Made by a program: the position numbers and the translations under genes. Positions 1 to 12,199 of a stretch of 64,000 nt of DNA are shown one piece after another. This DNA comes from Syntrophales bacterium (GTDB lineage: Bacteria > Desulfobacterota > Syntrophia > Syntrophales > PHBD01): NCBI GenBank assembly GCA_963668175.1, contig OY764159.1:1184001-1248000 (forward strand), read 5' to 3'. Positions within the stretch are counted from its first letter, which is position 1, and every line of letters starts with the position of its first letter. Under the pieces are notes generated by a model that worked only from the letters and a program-made list of their open reading frames with translations, was not told the origin of the DNA and made no database searches.

Positions 1-144
1 CTGGTGAAATCGGCGTACGAGGCCCTGTCCACGCCGCTGACTTATGTCGTTGTTTTCTATCTTAAAAAGTCGGAGAAGGTTGACCATTACGATCACGCGA
101 CGGATTTCAACCCTTTCCTGTGGAATGAATTGCGGAGGCCTTGA
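1..144 (+). CDS. C-terminal fragment of a queuosine precursor transporter (YhhQ/VUT family), truncated by window edge
   Basis: Frame 1 reads LVKSAYEALSTPLTYVVVFYLKKSEKVDHYDHATDFNPFLW...TGA, matching the family's C-terminal 'E...TPLTY....LK..E..D.YD..T.FNPF' pattern. Confidence 0.7.
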   Translation: MVKSAYEALSTPLTYVVVFYLKKSEKVDHYDHATDFNPFLWNELRRP

Positions 145-147
145 GGC

Positions 148-348
148 ATGAGCGACAAGCGCGTTTCAGAAAAGAAAAGGAAGATGGCTGAGCGGTGCCT
201 GGAATGTCCCGTATGCCGGCATGCAAGAAAGAAGCAACGGGGGCCCGTCTTCTGGTTTGTCCGCACCATCGAGGGCGATCTCTGTCCCTGGTGCAAGGCG
301 TACGAAGAGGTGTACGGAAGGAAGGCTCACGAACCGACAGGCGGATGA
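148..348 (+). CDS. Small Cys-rich hypothetical protein (CxxCxxC...CxxC)
   Basis: 66-aa ORF starting 3 nt after the upstream stop, GGAGG RBS upstream, CLECPVC and CPWC motifs. Confidence 0.7.
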   Translation: MSDKRVSEKKRKMAERCLECPVCRHARKKQRGPVFWFVRTIEGDLCPWCKAYEEVYGRKAHEPTGG

Positions 349-511
349 AAAACGCCCGGCTATCTCTCAATTGGTGCGCCGCGCCTCCTGCATAGGACGT
401 TGCGCGGCTGGTGCGTGTCCTGAGAAAGAAATGGCGGAATCCGCAATAACCATGATAGGAAAAGAAAGGATTGCGCCGTACAGATTGCGTGTAACAGAAA
501 GGGGAATTAAG

Positions 512-2206
512 ATGGACCAGGGCAAGACACCCGTCCCGTCCGATTTCATCCGGGATATCATCGACGAAGACATCAAGAATGGCAAGCATCAGGGGCGCGT
601 GGCGACGAGGTTTCCGCCCGAGCCGAACGGCTACCCTCATATCGGTCATGCCAAGTCGGTCTGCCTCAATTTCGGCATCGCCGCCCAATACAAGGGTACT
701 TGTAACTTGCGGATGGACGATACGGATCCCACAGGGGAGAGCATGGAGTTCGTCGAGTCGATCATCCGCGACGTGAAGTGGCTGGGGTTCGACTGGGAGG
801 ACCGCCTCTATTACGCCTCCGACTATTACGAAAAGCTGTACCAGTTCGCCGTCCATCTCATTAAAATGGGGCGGGCTTTCGTCTGCCAGTTGACTCCCGA
901 CGAAATGCGGGAGCACCGGGGTTCCTTCACGGAGCCGGGTAAAGACAGCCCCTGCCGCAACAGGTCGGTCGCCGAAAACCTCGATCTGTTCGAACGCATG
1001 CGGGCGGGGGAGTTCGAAGACGGTTCTCACACGCTCCGGGCCAAGATCGACATGGCGTCGCCCAACATCACGATGCGGGACCCGATCATGTACAGGATCA
1101 AGAAGGAGCGGCATTACCGGACCGGCGATCAATGGTGCATCTACCCCATGTACGATTTCGCCCACTGCCTCTCCGATTCGATCGAAGGAATAACGCATTC
1201 GATCTGTACGCTCGAGTTCGAAAACAACCGGCCCCTCTACGACTGGTTCCTGGAAGCGGCCGATGTGGAGCATCGCCCGCAGCAGATCGAATTCGCCCGT
1301 CTGAATGTGAGCTATACGGTCTTAAGCAAGCGCAGGCTTATCGAATTCGTGGAGAAGGGCATCGTCGCCGGATGGGACGATCCGCGGATGCCGACTCTTT
1401 CCGGTATGCGCCGCCGTGGATACACGCCTGCCGCCATCCGCGACTTCTGCGAGAGGATCGGCGTCGCCAAGAACGACAGCCTGGTGGACATGGCGCTCCT
1501 GGAGAATTGCCTCCGGGACGACCTGAACGAAAAGGCCCCCCGGGTGCTTGCGGTACTGCGACCCCTGCGCGTCGTGATCGAGAACTACCCTGAAGACAAG
1601 GTGGAGATGCTCGATTGTCCCTACCACCCGAAGAAGCCGGAAATGGGCTCCCGCAAGGTGCCTTTCTCCCGGGTGCTCTATATCGAGAAAGACGATTTCC
1701 TGGAAAATCCTCCCAAGAAATTTTTCCGGCTGTCGGTCGGCCGGGAGGTCCGCCTCCGCTACGGTTACTTCATTAAGTGCACAAGCATCGTGAAGGACCC
1801 TGCCAGCGGCGAGGTGATAGAAATCCGCTGCACGTACGATCCGGAAACAAAAAGCGGCTTCGCCCCCGACGGGAGGAAGGTCGACGGCACCATTCACTGG
1901 GTGTCGGCCGCCCATGCGGTCCGCGCCGAGGTGCGCCTCTATGACCGGCTCTTCAACGTTCCGGACCCGTCCCGGGAGGATGCGGATTGCACGGATTTTC
2001 TCAATCCGAATTCCCTGGAGGTCCTGCACGGCTGCCTGGTGGAACCCGGCCTGAACGGCGCCGCCGCCGGTTCCGGTTTCCAGTTTGAGAGGCTGGGCTA
2101 TTTCTCAGTCGATGCGGTCGATTCGACGGAGCAGGCCCCGGTCTTCAACCGGACCGTCACGCTCCGGGACTCGTGGGCCAAAGCGGCGGAAAAGGGCGGC
2201 AAGTAG
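512..2206 (+). CDS. glnS: Glutamine--tRNA ligase
   Basis: [18 protein letters not shown] (HIGH), [28 protein letters not shown]; start trimmed to MDQGK after AAGGGG RBS. Confidence 0.97.
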   Translation: MDQGKTPVPSDFIRDIIDEDIKNGKHQGRVATRFPPEPNGYPHIGHAKSVCLNFGIAAQYKGTCNLRMDDTDPTGESMEFVESIIRDVKWLGFDWEDRLYYASDYYEKLYQFAVHLIKMGRAFVCQLTPDEMREHRGSFTEPGKDSPCRNRSVAENLDLFERMRAGEFEDGSHTLRAKIDMASPNITMRDPIMYRIKKERHYRTGDQWCIYPMYDFAHCLSDSIEGITHSICTLEFENNRPLYDWFLEAADVEHRPQQIEFARLNVSYTVLSKRRLIEFVEKGIVAGWDDPRMPTLSGMRRRGYTPAAIRDFCERIGVAKNDSLVDMALLENCLRDDLNEKAPRVLAVLRPLRVVIENYPEDKVEMLDCPYHPKKPEMGSRKVPFSRVLYIEKDDFLENPPKKFFRLSVGREVRLRYGYFIKCTSIVKDPASGEVIEIRCTYDPETKSGFAPDGRKVDGTIHWVSAAHAVRAEVRLYDRLFNVPDPSREDADCTDFLNPNSLEVLHGCLVEPGLNGAAAGSGFQFERLGYFSVDAVDSTEQAPVFNRTVTLRDSWAKAAEKGGK

Positions 2207-2229
2207 GCTGAACGTTAATAAGAATGTGC

Positions 2230-2267
2230 AAAGGGGGATGAGCCCGTGAGGCCATCCCCCTTTTTTA
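2230..2267 (+). terminator. Intrinsic terminator between convergent glnS and methyltransferase genes
   Basis: AAGGGGGATG...CATCCCCCTT stem followed by T-run. Confidence 0.8.
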
Positions 2268-2345
2268 TATGCAGATGACCGGCCGTGGCGGAGGGATTTC
2301 CGTTTCCGATCAGGGGTGCATCAGCCGGCCGCTTTGACGGCGGAT

Positions 2346-3152
2346 CTATTTTTCCGCCGTTCCCTTGAAGAAGGTGTAGCAGAAGGTTCCGTCCCCGGCC
2401 GTTGTCCGCAGAAGTCCGCGGATGCCCTTCTCCCAGGTGTCTCGATCTATCAGACCCGCCGCCAGGGCCGCATCCTTGACTCCTTCGACCATGGCGGTAA
2501 ACGTCTGCTTCGTGAATCCTTCCACAAGATGCGGCCTGCTGGCGTCGACATAGACCATCCGGGGAGACACGCGGATGTCCCTGAAGCCCGTCTCCTTCAT
2601 CAGCGGGTAGAGTTGCCGTCCGATGAGCGAATTTCCGCCCAGTCCGGCCTGGAGGTCGATGAGGCACCGGATCGCTCTTAGGGCCTCGACGCTCTCGGGG
2701 TGGAAATAGGCGGAGCCGTGGTCGCCTTCGATGACGGTGATGGTGCCTCCCGGCTTCAACACCCTCATGAGATGTCGGAGGGCTTCCTGGGGGCGGCTCA
2801 GGTGTTCCAGGACAAAGCAGAGGAAGACGTGGTCGAACTGGCCGTCCGTAAAAGGAAGGTCGTAGATATCCGCCTTCCGGAAACGGACGTTGTCCAGGCC
2901 GGCTCTGTCCGCCGCCGCCTCGGCTTTGGCGAGGGAATCGTCGGAGATGTCGATGGAAAGAAAACGGGCCCGGGGACTCTTTTGGGCCAGGATCACCGTC
3001 TGGGCCCCGACGCCGCATCCAGCCTCCAGCACCTCCGCCCCCGGGGGGTACGAGGTGTCGCCGTGCAGCAGTTCCGTCAGCGAACCAGCCTGGGCAAGGA
3101 GCCTCCGGTCTTCCTCCCCGGAGTATCCGTGGACGTAACGATCGTCTTTCAT
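2346..3152 (-). CDS. Class I SAM-dependent methyltransferase
   Basis: VLEAGCGVGAQT motif I; FDHVFLCFVLEHL; LKPGG. Confidence 0.9.
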   Translation of the reverse strand: MKDDRYVHGYSGEEDRRLLAQAGSLTELLHGDTSYPPGAEVLEAGCGVGAQTVILAQKSPRARFLSIDISDDSLAKAEAAADRAGLDNVRFRKADIYDLPFTDGQFDHVFLCFVLEHLSRPQEALRHLMRVLKPGGTITVIEGDHGSAYFHPESVEALRAIRCLIDLQAGLGGNSLIGRQLYPLMKETGFRDIRVSPRMVYVDASRPHLVEGFTKQTFTAMVEGVKDAALAAGLIDRDTWEKGIRGLLRTTAGDGTFCYTFFKGTAEK

Positions 3153-3221
3153 GGAAACAATCCTCCCTTGATCTTTTTACTTCACGATTTTACCGGATAA
3201 AGAAGAGACTTGTCTTGTACG

Positions 3222-4022
3222 TTATTGCGCAAATGAAGAATATTGTCCGGGCGTTAAACCCGTTATGGACTTGAAATGCCGGGTGAGGTGGCTCTGATCG
3301 AAGAATCCCGCGGCCTGAGCGGCATGTGCGAGGGGTACCCGGCGGGCCAGAAGTTCTTTCGCCTTGTCGACGCGTACCTGGGTCAGGTAGGCATGGGGGC
3401 TGAGTCCCGTCTCCATGCGGAAGACACGAATCAGGTGATACCGGCTCATGCCGGAGACGGCGGCCAAGTCGGCCAGAGAGATATTTTCCCGGTAGCGGTC
3501 ATGGATAAGGCCCCGGACCTTTTGCACGGCCGGCCGTTCCCTGCCTGTCCGGAAGCCGTTCGGCCGCGCGGTTGCATGGCGTCCTATCATTCCGATAAGC
3601 GCGGTAAGGAAACGCGTCTCTTTTTCAAGACGATTTCCGCAGTCGTCAAGCGATGCGAAGAAATCCCTGAGGAGGCAAGCGACATAAGTGTCGCGAATCA
3701 CCGGGGAAGGAAAATAGGGGACCTCCGCCGGCCGTCCCGCCGTATCTTCCGCCGCCTCCCGGAGTGCTGCAGCAGATGGATACGAGCATCGGTAAGTCCA
3801 GCCTCCCTCGTCCGGTGCATACCCCGTATGCGGTTCTCCGGGGTTGATAAGGCAGATATCGCCCGCCGTTGCGTAATGCTTGGCGCCGCGATAGTCCGTA
3901 GCCTGGACGCCGGCTTCGATCAGCCCGATTGCGAATCCTTCATGGATATGCCGGGGAAAGACATGGGTGATATAGGTCGCCTTGATGCATTCCAGGCCGG
4001 CAAGGTCGGAAAACCGCGACAT
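3222..4022 (-). CDS. AraC family transcriptional regulator
   Basis: N-terminal cupin FPRHIHE; C-terminal HTH pair ending GFFDQSHLTRHFK; start at MSRFSD. Confidence 0.92.
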   Translation of the reverse strand: MSRFSDLAGLECIKATYITHVFPRHIHEGFAIGLIEAGVQATDYRGAKHYATAGDICLINPGEPHTGYAPDEGGWTYRCSYPSAAALREAAEDTAGRPAEVPYFPSPVIRDTYVACLLRDFFASLDDCGNRLEKETRFLTALIGMIGRHATARPNGFRTGRERPAVQKVRGLIHDRYRENISLADLAAVSGMSRYHLIRVFRMETGLSPHAYLTQVRVDKAKELLARRVPLAHAAQAAGFFDQSHLTRHFKSITGLTPGQYSSFAQ

Positions 4023-4352
4023 CGTTGCCCCTTCTTTATGTGAAGGGTGTGCTTTGTCCGCCGTTCTTCTTTTCATTCCGGTCTGTAACACGATCTGTCT
4101 CACTGAGCCTTTAAGGTTCCTTACGTTTGTTTAGCCGGATGCGCTAGAAAGTCGTTACGCGCATCGGAAAGAATACATCCCCCCGGCCCATACGATACCG
4201 TTCAGGAGGGCGATCATAACACGGTGAGAAATGCTTGCAACAGGATAATCTCCGCCGGAAAGGCGGTCGTCGATAAACGATAATTACGGCGATAAGGTTT
4301 GGAAAAAAGACGAAATAATTCGGAAAAAAAACGGCAGACTGACGCCCCGTTT

Positions 4353-4847
4353 TTACATAAGATAATTCTGCAGGGTCTGGTAACTGCGGAAGTCGGCATC
4401 AACAAATGCCGTGCCGATCTGGACGTCCTCTTCGGATTCGAAGACACGCTGCGGCTGGCACCTCATCTTGAGCGGCCTTGTGGCAAAAGGAAGGGTAAAG
4501 ATGATGTCGAATTCCGCTTCCGTGTTACCGGCCTTGATTTCCAACGCCGTGCCTTTGGGGACCGATATTTTGATGCCTCCCAGGGAGATATCCATGATCG
4601 TACCCGTTTGGTACCCTCTCGCGTCCGCCCTGGCTTCGGCGATGAACGCGGGCAAAGCCACCTGCCTCCTTTCGAATTGTCGCTGGTCGCTCTCTACACC
4701 GCGGAGGACTTTTCTCTCTTTCAGGTATTTGTAGAGCATGTTTTCTATCACCGACGAGAGGCTCTGTCTTTCATCCGCCGATATCTTTTCCAGGGAATTC
4801 CTTATATCCATGTTGGTGCGGAAGCAAATGGTAATGTCTTTCTTCAT
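4353..4847 (-). CDS. Ribbon-helix-helix + PilZ domain protein
   Basis: N-term ITICFRT...LEKISADERQSLSSVIENMLYKYL (RHH-like); PilZ motifs RQFER (RxxxR) and DISLGG (DxSxxG). Confidence 0.8.
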   Translation of the reverse strand: MKKDITICFRTNMDIRNSLEKISADERQSLSSVIENMLYKYLKERKVLRGVESDQRQFERRQVALPAFIAEARADARGYQTGTIMDISLGGIKISVPKGTALEIKAGNTEAEFDIIFTLPFATRPLKMRCQPQRVFESEEDVQIGTAFVDADFRSYQTLQNYLM

Positions 4848-5622
4848 TTTCGAAAATCCTTCCCTGTTCTTGCCTTGCAGGCAAATAAGAAAATGATCAA
4901 CCCTCTCATCTAAACATCGGGCCGCGCAAAACCTGACTTTATGCTTCTTCGGCCAATAGTAATACAAAGCGAAACCGCATGTCAAGCGCTATCTTGTCCA
5001 ATAAGGGGTTTTTCCTGCCAGAATATTGCCAGGTTAACGGGGGTGACGGCTTGTCCGCGGACATGGCTCAGGGCAAAGATATTCGCGCATCGGGTCCTGC
5101 GATGTCGCCCTGGGCTTGCCGATCTTCAGTCAGAGGAATCCTCCTCACCCGTTTCTGTCCGTAACGAGGTGTATTTGGACTCCATCGTATGTTAGACGCG
5201 CCTGTCTTCTCCGGGATCATCTTGAAATTGCGGCAGAAGAATCAAATCACCTACCGCTATTTCCAAGGGGCGGCCGCCACAGATACGAGGTCAGCTTCAA
5301 AATTCTACAACAGGGCTGCAAATTCCGGATGTTGCCAAAGGGCGATGCCAGAGAATATAGCTTTTCCTGGCTTCGCGCCCGGTCTTGTCCCTGGAGGAAG
5401 ATATCATCGTAACCGAACGGAATCTGGCAGTGAAAAGCCGATCTACGCGCCGGGGAGACATGGTCGAAACTGAAGTTGAGCGAAATGCATGACGGAAGAA
5501 ATATTCTTCATTTACATTTCTTAATTTCACAAAGGCTGTCTGACAATGTAATGTCGTCCGTGCTGTCCGCTGCCCGCTGTCCGGCCCGGACAGGAATTCC
5601 CTGGAAAAGGAGAAGTTGTGAG

Positions 5623-5952
5623 ATGAAGAAGATCATAATTGGCCTGTTTGCACTTCTCGTCGTTTCACTCAACGGCGTTCCGGCGGGTTACCCTGCCGAT
5701 ACCGAGAGAACGCAGGACAAATCGGGCATGCCGCCTCCCGAAGACGGCCGAAAAGAAAGGAGACCCATACCGCAAGCCGCCATAGATGCCTGTACGGGCA
5801 AGAAGAAAGGGGCATCCTGTTCCGACGGAAGAATCACGGGTCTGTGCGATTACACCCCGGATAAGAAATATTTCGCCTGTAAACCCCAGGGACCTCCTCC
5901 CGACCAACGGAACAACAAACAGGGACCTCCTCCCGAACAGAACGCCAAATAG
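5623..5952 (+). CDS. Small exported Pro-rich protein with four Cys
   Basis: AAGGAG RBS, signal peptide MKKIIIGLFALLVVSL, AIDAC.GK..G..C...C...AC pattern. Confidence 0.75.
   Translation: MKKIIIGLFALLVVSLNGVPAGYPADTERTQDKSGMPPPEDGRKERRPIPQAAIDACTGKKKGASCSDGRITGLCDYTPDKKYFACKPQGPPPDQRNNKQGPPPEQNAK
5887..5936 (+). repeat. Direct repeat CAGGGACCTCCTCCCGA x2, 33-bp period (encodes QGPPP twice)
   Basis: Identical 17-mers at 5887 and 5920. Confidence 0.85.
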
Positions 5953-6144
5953 ACGCTTGCGCCGCTCCCTCATCTCGAGTTATCCGTGAGAGCGGATCGG
6001 GGATGTAACACCGGAAAAAGTATAAGGCAACGGCAGGATGAATCCTCGTTCATCTTTTGATAGAGGCGGAACGTTTGACGGAAACACCGGATAAAGCCCG
6101 GCTTTCCGGGCACGTTTCCGGTCCCGGCGATTACGTTATGCTCT

Positions 6145-6191
6145 AAAAAAGCAAAAGGTTACGGCGGTAGGGCCGTAACCTTTTGTTTTCT
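6145..6191 (-). terminator. Terminator downstream of tRNA-Lys (probably bidirectional)
   Basis: GCAAAAGGTTACGGC...GCCGTAACCTTTTGT inverted repeat flanked by A-run and T-run. Confidence 0.8.
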
Positions 6192-6267
6192 TGGTGGGCC
6201 GTATGGGAATCGAACCCACGACCAACGGATTAAAAGTCCGCTGCTCTACCGGCTGAGCTAACGGCCC
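6192..6267 (-). tRNA. tRNA-Lys(UUU)
   Basis: Reverse complement GGGCCGTTAGCTCAGCCGGTAGAGCAGCGGACTTTTAATCCGTTGGTCGTGGGTTCGATTCCCATACGGCCCACCA; cloverleaf, encoded CCA. Confidence 0.97.
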
Positions 6268-6470
6268 AGGATGATCGAACTCTTGAAGGCGTGCCCTATT
6301 AACAGCATGGTGAAATGTTGTCAAGAGGAAACCACTTGCGGGGCGAAAAAAGATCGGTCTTCGGTTATATGCCTTTTTGGCGAGGAGCGGGGCGGGGTGC
6401 GGCCGCTTCTTGCGGCCGCTGCTCCCATCCGCTCTATACGGATCGTCTCCTTCGTCTTTATCAGCCGCCT

Positions 6471-7784
<1,314 letters not shown>

Positions 7785-9374
7785 TCACATTTCCAGTTGT
7801 TTCACGGCGATGACGTGCGGAAGGTTTCTCAGTTTGTCGAGAACGTCCTCGGTTACGAGTGTATCCGTCGTCAGGACGACCAGGGCCTGTTTGTCGAACT
7901 GCTCCCGACTCAGGTGGAGCCGTGCGATGTTCACGTTGTTCTGTCCTAGGGTCGAACCGATGTTGCCGATGACGCCGGGCCGGTCGTTGTTGGACAGGTA
8001 GATCATGTAGCCTTCAGGTATGACGTCCAGTGTGAATTTATCGATACGGACGATCCGTGCGTCCCGGCGGCCGAATATTGCCCCCGCCGTATAGTGGCTG
8101 TTTCCCTCGGACGTCTTTACGGTCAGGGCGATCATGCTTCTGTAGTCCTCGACTTTGGTGCTCTTCGATTCAATGACCTTGATGCCTCTCTCTTTGGCGA
8201 TGACCGGGGCATTGATGAAGTTCACGTGCTCATTGTCCAGGATGGGGGTCAAGAGCCCTTTCATCAGGGATATCGTCAAGGGGGCGACGTTGTAGTTCAG
8301 AATCTCCCCGCTGTATTCGATGTGCACTTCCTTAATGGCTTCCGATACCAACTGGGCCTGGAACTTTCCCAGCTTCTCCGCCAGATCGATATACGGCTGC
8401 ATGACGCTTAAAAGCTCGGCGCTCACGGAGGGCACGTTGACGGCGTTCTGTATCTCCCCCTTGGTCAGGTAGGCGGCGATCTGCTCGGCCACGGCGATGG
8501 CGACGTTGACCTGGGCTTCGTCCGTTGCCGCCCCCAGATGAGGCGTACAGATGACGTTTTCCAGGGATACGAGTTCCATGTTCTTGGTCGGTTCTTCCTC
8601 GAAGACGTCGAGTGCGGCCCCGGCGACCTTACCGGAAACGAGAGCGTCGTAAAGATCCTTTTCGCTGATGATCCCGCCGCGGGCGCAGTTGATGACGAAA
8701 ACGCCTTTTTTCATTTTCTCGAAAGCCGCCGCATTGATCAATCCCTTCGTCTCCTTCGTCAGGGGGGTATGGATCGTGATGAAGTCCGCCTTGGCCAGCA
8801 GTTCATCCAGCGTCACCAGGGTAACACCCATGTTGTCGGCGCTTTCCTTGGAGATGAAAGGATCGTAGACGACGACGTGCATCTTCAGGCCCTGGGCCCG
8901 GTCGGCGACGATGGCGCCGATTCTGCCGATGCCGATGACGCCCAGCGTCTTATTGTAAAGCTCGGTGCCCATGAACTTGTTCTTTTCCCACTTTCCCGCC
9001 TTCACGGAGGCCGTGGCCAGGGGGATTTGGCGGGCGAGGGAAACCATGAGGGAAATGGCGTGCTCGGCGGTGGTGATCGTATTGCCGCCCGGCGTATTCA
9101 TGACGACGATGCCCCGTTTGCTGGCCGCCGGGACGTCGACGTTGTCCACGCCGATTCCCGCCCTGCCGACGATGCTGAGCTTCTCCGCATGGTCGATGAT
9201 TTCCTTGGTGACTTTGGTGGCGCTCCTGATCGCCAGTCCGTCGTAATTCTTGATGACGGCTTTGAGCTCGTCGGGCGTCAGGTTCGTTATCACATCGACC
9301 TCGATGCCCGGCGTGTTTTTCAATATTTGTACGCCTTCCGGAGAAAGCTTATCGCTGATCAATACCTTTTTCAT
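7785..9374 (-). CDS. serA: D-3-phosphoglycerate dehydrogenase (long form with ASB/ACT domains)
   Basis: GRAGIGVDNVD, GIGRIG, INCARGG, TPHLGA; C-terminal ACT (NDRPGVIG). Confidence 0.96.
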   Translation of the reverse strand: MKKVLISDKLSPEGVQILKNTPGIEVDVITNLTPDELKAVIKNYDGLAIRSATKVTKEIIDHAEKLSIVGRAGIGVDNVDVPAASKRGIVVMNTPGGNTITTAEHAISLMVSLARQIPLATASVKAGKWEKNKFMGTELYNKTLGVIGIGRIGAIVADRAQGLKMHVVVYDPFISKESADNMGVTLVTLDELLAKADFITIHTPLTKETKGLINAAAFEKMKKGVFVINCARGGIISEKDLYDALVSGKVAGAALDVFEEEPTKNMELVSLENVICTPHLGAATDEAQVNVAIAVAEQIAAYLTKGEIQNAVNVPSVSAELLSVMQPYIDLAEKLGKFQAQLVSEAIKEVHIEYSGEILNYNVAPLTISLMKGLLTPILDNEHVNFINAPVIAKERGIKVIESKSTKVEDYRSMIALTVKTSEGNSHYTAGAIFGRRDARIVRIDKFTLDVIPEGYMIYLSNNDRPGVIGNIGSTLGQNNVNIARLHLSREQFDKQALVVLTTDTLVTEDVLDKLRNLPHVIAVKQLEM

Positions 9375-9387
9375 ACTAGCTCCTTCG

Positions 9388-10512
9388 CTATGCGCTTATC
9401 TTCGCGAGATAAATCTTTTCCAGCTCTTCGATAGCCGTCCGGATGTCCGCCGGTTCAATCGTCGGCCCGCACCAGAACCGGAATCCCGGAGGGGCGTCCT
9501 TATAGGAACCGATGTCGTGGGCGATATTCTTCTTGCTCATCTCGGAGGCGATAGCCTTGAGAAATTTCGCCCGCTCATCCTGCGGCATGGCCTTCACTTT
9601 TTCGCTCACGACTGACAAGCAAACCGACGTATTGGAGCGTGTTTCCTTGGTCTCCGCCAGGAACTCGATCCAGTCGGTTTTCGCTACCCAGTCTTCAACG
9701 ATTTTAAGATTGGCCAGGCTCCGGTTAAAGAGCCCCTTAAGGCTTATTTCGGAGGCCCACTTCAGGGCATCGAGATAGTCCTCCACGCAAAGGAGGGACG
9801 GTGTGTTGATAGTGTCCCCGACGAAGATAGCCTTGTCCACCTTGCCCGATTTCTTCATGCGGAAGATCTTGGGCAGGGGCCAGGGGGGATCGTACGATTC
9901 GATCCGCGCAATTGCCCGGGGGCCGAGCACAAGCATGCCGTGGGCGGCTTCACCGCCGAGACATTTCTGCCAGGAAAAGGTTAAAACATCGATCTTGGAC
10001 CAGTCGATGTCCATGGCAAAGGCCGCACTGGTGGCATCGCAAAGCGACAGGCCCTGGCGGTCGGCGGGGATCCAGTCCCAATTCGGGATCTTAACGCCGC
10101 TGGTCGTGCCGTTGGCGACGAAGACGACGTCGTTGGTCCAGTCCACGGAGCGAAGATCGGGAATTTTTCCGTAGTCGGCCTTGAGAACGGTAGGACTGAG
10201 CTTCAGCTGCTTGGTGATATCGGTCGCCCAGCCTTCGCCGAAGCTTTCCCACACGAGGGCCGTGACGGGCCTCGGTCCGAGAAGCGTCCACATGGCTGCT
10301 TCAAAGGCGCCCGTATCCGATCCGGGAAGGATTCCTACAAGATAATCGCTTGGAATATTAAGGATTTTCTTCGTTTCGTCAATGGCCTTGGCGAGCTTCT
10401 CTTTGCCTGCGGCCGACCGGTGAGAACGGCCGACGGGAGCATCCCTGAGGACGTCCAGGTTCCATCGGGGTCTCTTGCTGCAGGGGCCGGAACTAAAATT
10501 GGGATTGTGCAT
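9388..10512 (-). CDS. serC: Phosphoserine aminotransferase (Methanosarcina/alphaproteobacterial type)
   Basis: [26 protein letters not shown](PLP)[17 protein letters not shown]; upstream of serA. Confidence 0.92.
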   Translation of the reverse strand: MHNPNFSSGPCSKRPRWNLDVLRDAPVGRSHRSAAGKEKLAKAIDETKKILNIPSDYLVGILPGSDTGAFEAAMWTLLGPRPVTALVWESFGEGWATDITKQLKLSPTVLKADYGKIPDLRSVDWTNDVVFVANGTTSGVKIPNWDWIPADRQGLSLCDATSAAFAMDIDWSKIDVLTFSWQKCLGGEAAHGMLVLGPRAIARIESYDPPWPLPKIFRMKKSGKVDKAIFVGDTINTPSLLCVEDYLDALKWASEISLKGLFNRSLANLKIVEDWVAKTDWIEFLAETKETRSNTSVCLSVVSEKVKAMPQDERAKFLKAIASEMSKKNIAHDIGSYKDAPPGFRFWCGPTIEPADIRTAIEELEKIYLAKISA

Positions 10513-10743
10513 GGCTCTTTCCTTTAAAGTAGTGTGCAAGCCGTCTCATATATCAATATTATTGTGATTACTCAAGAGAACTTTTGGTTTGACGGGAAAG
10601 AAAAAAAAACATATGTATTCTGCGCATCTGGCCGGAACATGGCTGAACAGGTCTTCCGTATGACGAGCCTGACAGGATAGCGGCGGCCGCCCGTACAATG
10701 CGACCGTATTTTATATGGACGCAGAAATAAAATCCAGGACCAA

Positions 10744-12123
10744 ATGATGAAAACCCCTCCGCCCAAAAAAGTCAAGACGATGTTTTTCTGTCAGAATTGC
10801 GGCTACCAGTCGTCGAAATGGCTCGGCAAGTGCCCTTCCTGCCAGGAATGGAACCGCTTCGCCGAAGAGGAGATACGAGGGGAAAACTCCGTTGCCGGAT
10901 CGGCGGATTTTCAATTCAATGAGGCGGCCGTGCCAATCGACGCCATCGCCATCGACGACTCGGAGCGCCTGGCAACGGGAATGGGTGAAATCGACCGGGT
11001 CCTGGGAGGCGGTATCGTGGGCGGATCGGCAATCCTCGTCGGCGGCGATCCGGGGATCGGAAAATCGACGCTGCTTTTGCAGGTTTTACAGAAGCTGGCG
11101 GCAAGGGGGCAGCGGGTCCTCTATGTGTCGGGAGAGGAATCGGCCAAGCAAATCAAATTGCGGGGAAAGAGGATAGGGGCCTCGTCGGAGAACCTGCTCG
11201 TCCTCGTCGAAATCGCCCTGGAAAATATCGTTCAGCAAATCAAGGATATCAAGCCCGCAGCCGTCGTGATCGATTCGATCCAGACGACCTACTCGTCCCT
11301 CCTCTCTTCGGCGCCGGGAAGCGTCGGCCAGGTGCGGGAATCGTCCGAGCGCCTGATCCTCCTTTCGAAGAAAACGGGTATTCCGCTGTTCCTCATCGGG
11401 CACGTCACCAAGGACGGTTCCATCGCCGGGCCGAAGGTGCTTGAGCACATGGTGGATACGGTCCTCTATTTCGAAGGCGATTCCGGCCATGTCTACCGGA
11501 TTGTCCGGTCCATCAAGAACCGCTACGGGCCGACGAACGAGATAGGCGTATTTGAAATGAGGGACAACGGCCTCATAGAAGTGGGCAACCCTTCGGCAAT
11601 ATTTCTTGCGGAAAGGCCCGAGGGGGCCGCCGGTTCGGTCGTCGTTCCGAGCGTCGAGGGGACCCGGCCGATCCTCATCGAGATACAGTCGCTCGTCAGT
11701 CCGACCAGCTTCGGGATGCCGCGGCGGACGGCCATCGGCGTCGATCAGAACCGCGTTTCGCTTCTCGTTGCCGTCATGGACAAGATAGGCGGCATGCACC
11801 TGGGCAACCAGGATATCTTCATCAACGTCACCGGTGGCATCAAGGTGGACGAGCCGGCTGTGGACCTGGGCGTCGTGTCCTCCATGGCGTCGAGTTATTA
11901 CGACCGCCCCGTCTACCCGGGGACCGTCGTCTTCGGCGAAGTGGGGCTTACAGGCGAAGTCAGGGGGATCGGCCAGATGGACTCCAGGATCAGAGAAGCA
12001 GCCAGAATGGGATTTACCCGCTGTATCCTTCCCAGGACCCAGGGCCGGGATCAGGAAGCCGTGCCCGGCATAAAAGCGGTCAGAATAAGCAATATCAAGG
12101 AATTGGCGGAGTATTTGTTTTAA
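10744..12123 (+). CDS. radA: DNA repair protein RadA/Sms
   Basis: CQNC...CPSC zinc finger, GDPGIGKST, KNRYG, Lon-like C-terminus. Confidence 0.97.
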   Translation: MMKTPPPKKVKTMFFCQNCGYQSSKWLGKCPSCQEWNRFAEEEIRGENSVAGSADFQFNEAAVPIDAIAIDDSERLATGMGEIDRVLGGGIVGGSAILVGGDPGIGKSTLLLQVLQKLAARGQRVLYVSGEESAKQIKLRGKRIGASSENLLVLVEIALENIVQQIKDIKPAAVVIDSIQTTYSSLLSSAPGSVGQVRESSERLILLSKKTGIPLFLIGHVTKDGSIAGPKVLEHMVDTVLYFEGDSGHVYRIVRSIKNRYGPTNEIGVFEMRDNGLIEVGNPSAIFLAERPEGAAGSVVVPSVEGTRPILIEIQSLVSPTSFGMPRRTAIGVDQNRVSLLVAVMDKIGGMHLGNQDIFINVTGGIKVDEPAVDLGVVSSMASSYYDRPVYPGTVVFGEVGLTGEVRGIGQMDSRIREAARMGFTRCILPRTQGRDQEAVPGIKAVRISNIKELAEYLF

Positions 12124-12199
12124 AGACCGCGGCGTGCTATTTTGGCGTTGACGAGAGGCGCGACCGGTCATTTCCGCTTATTGAAACCGAGGTAATCGT

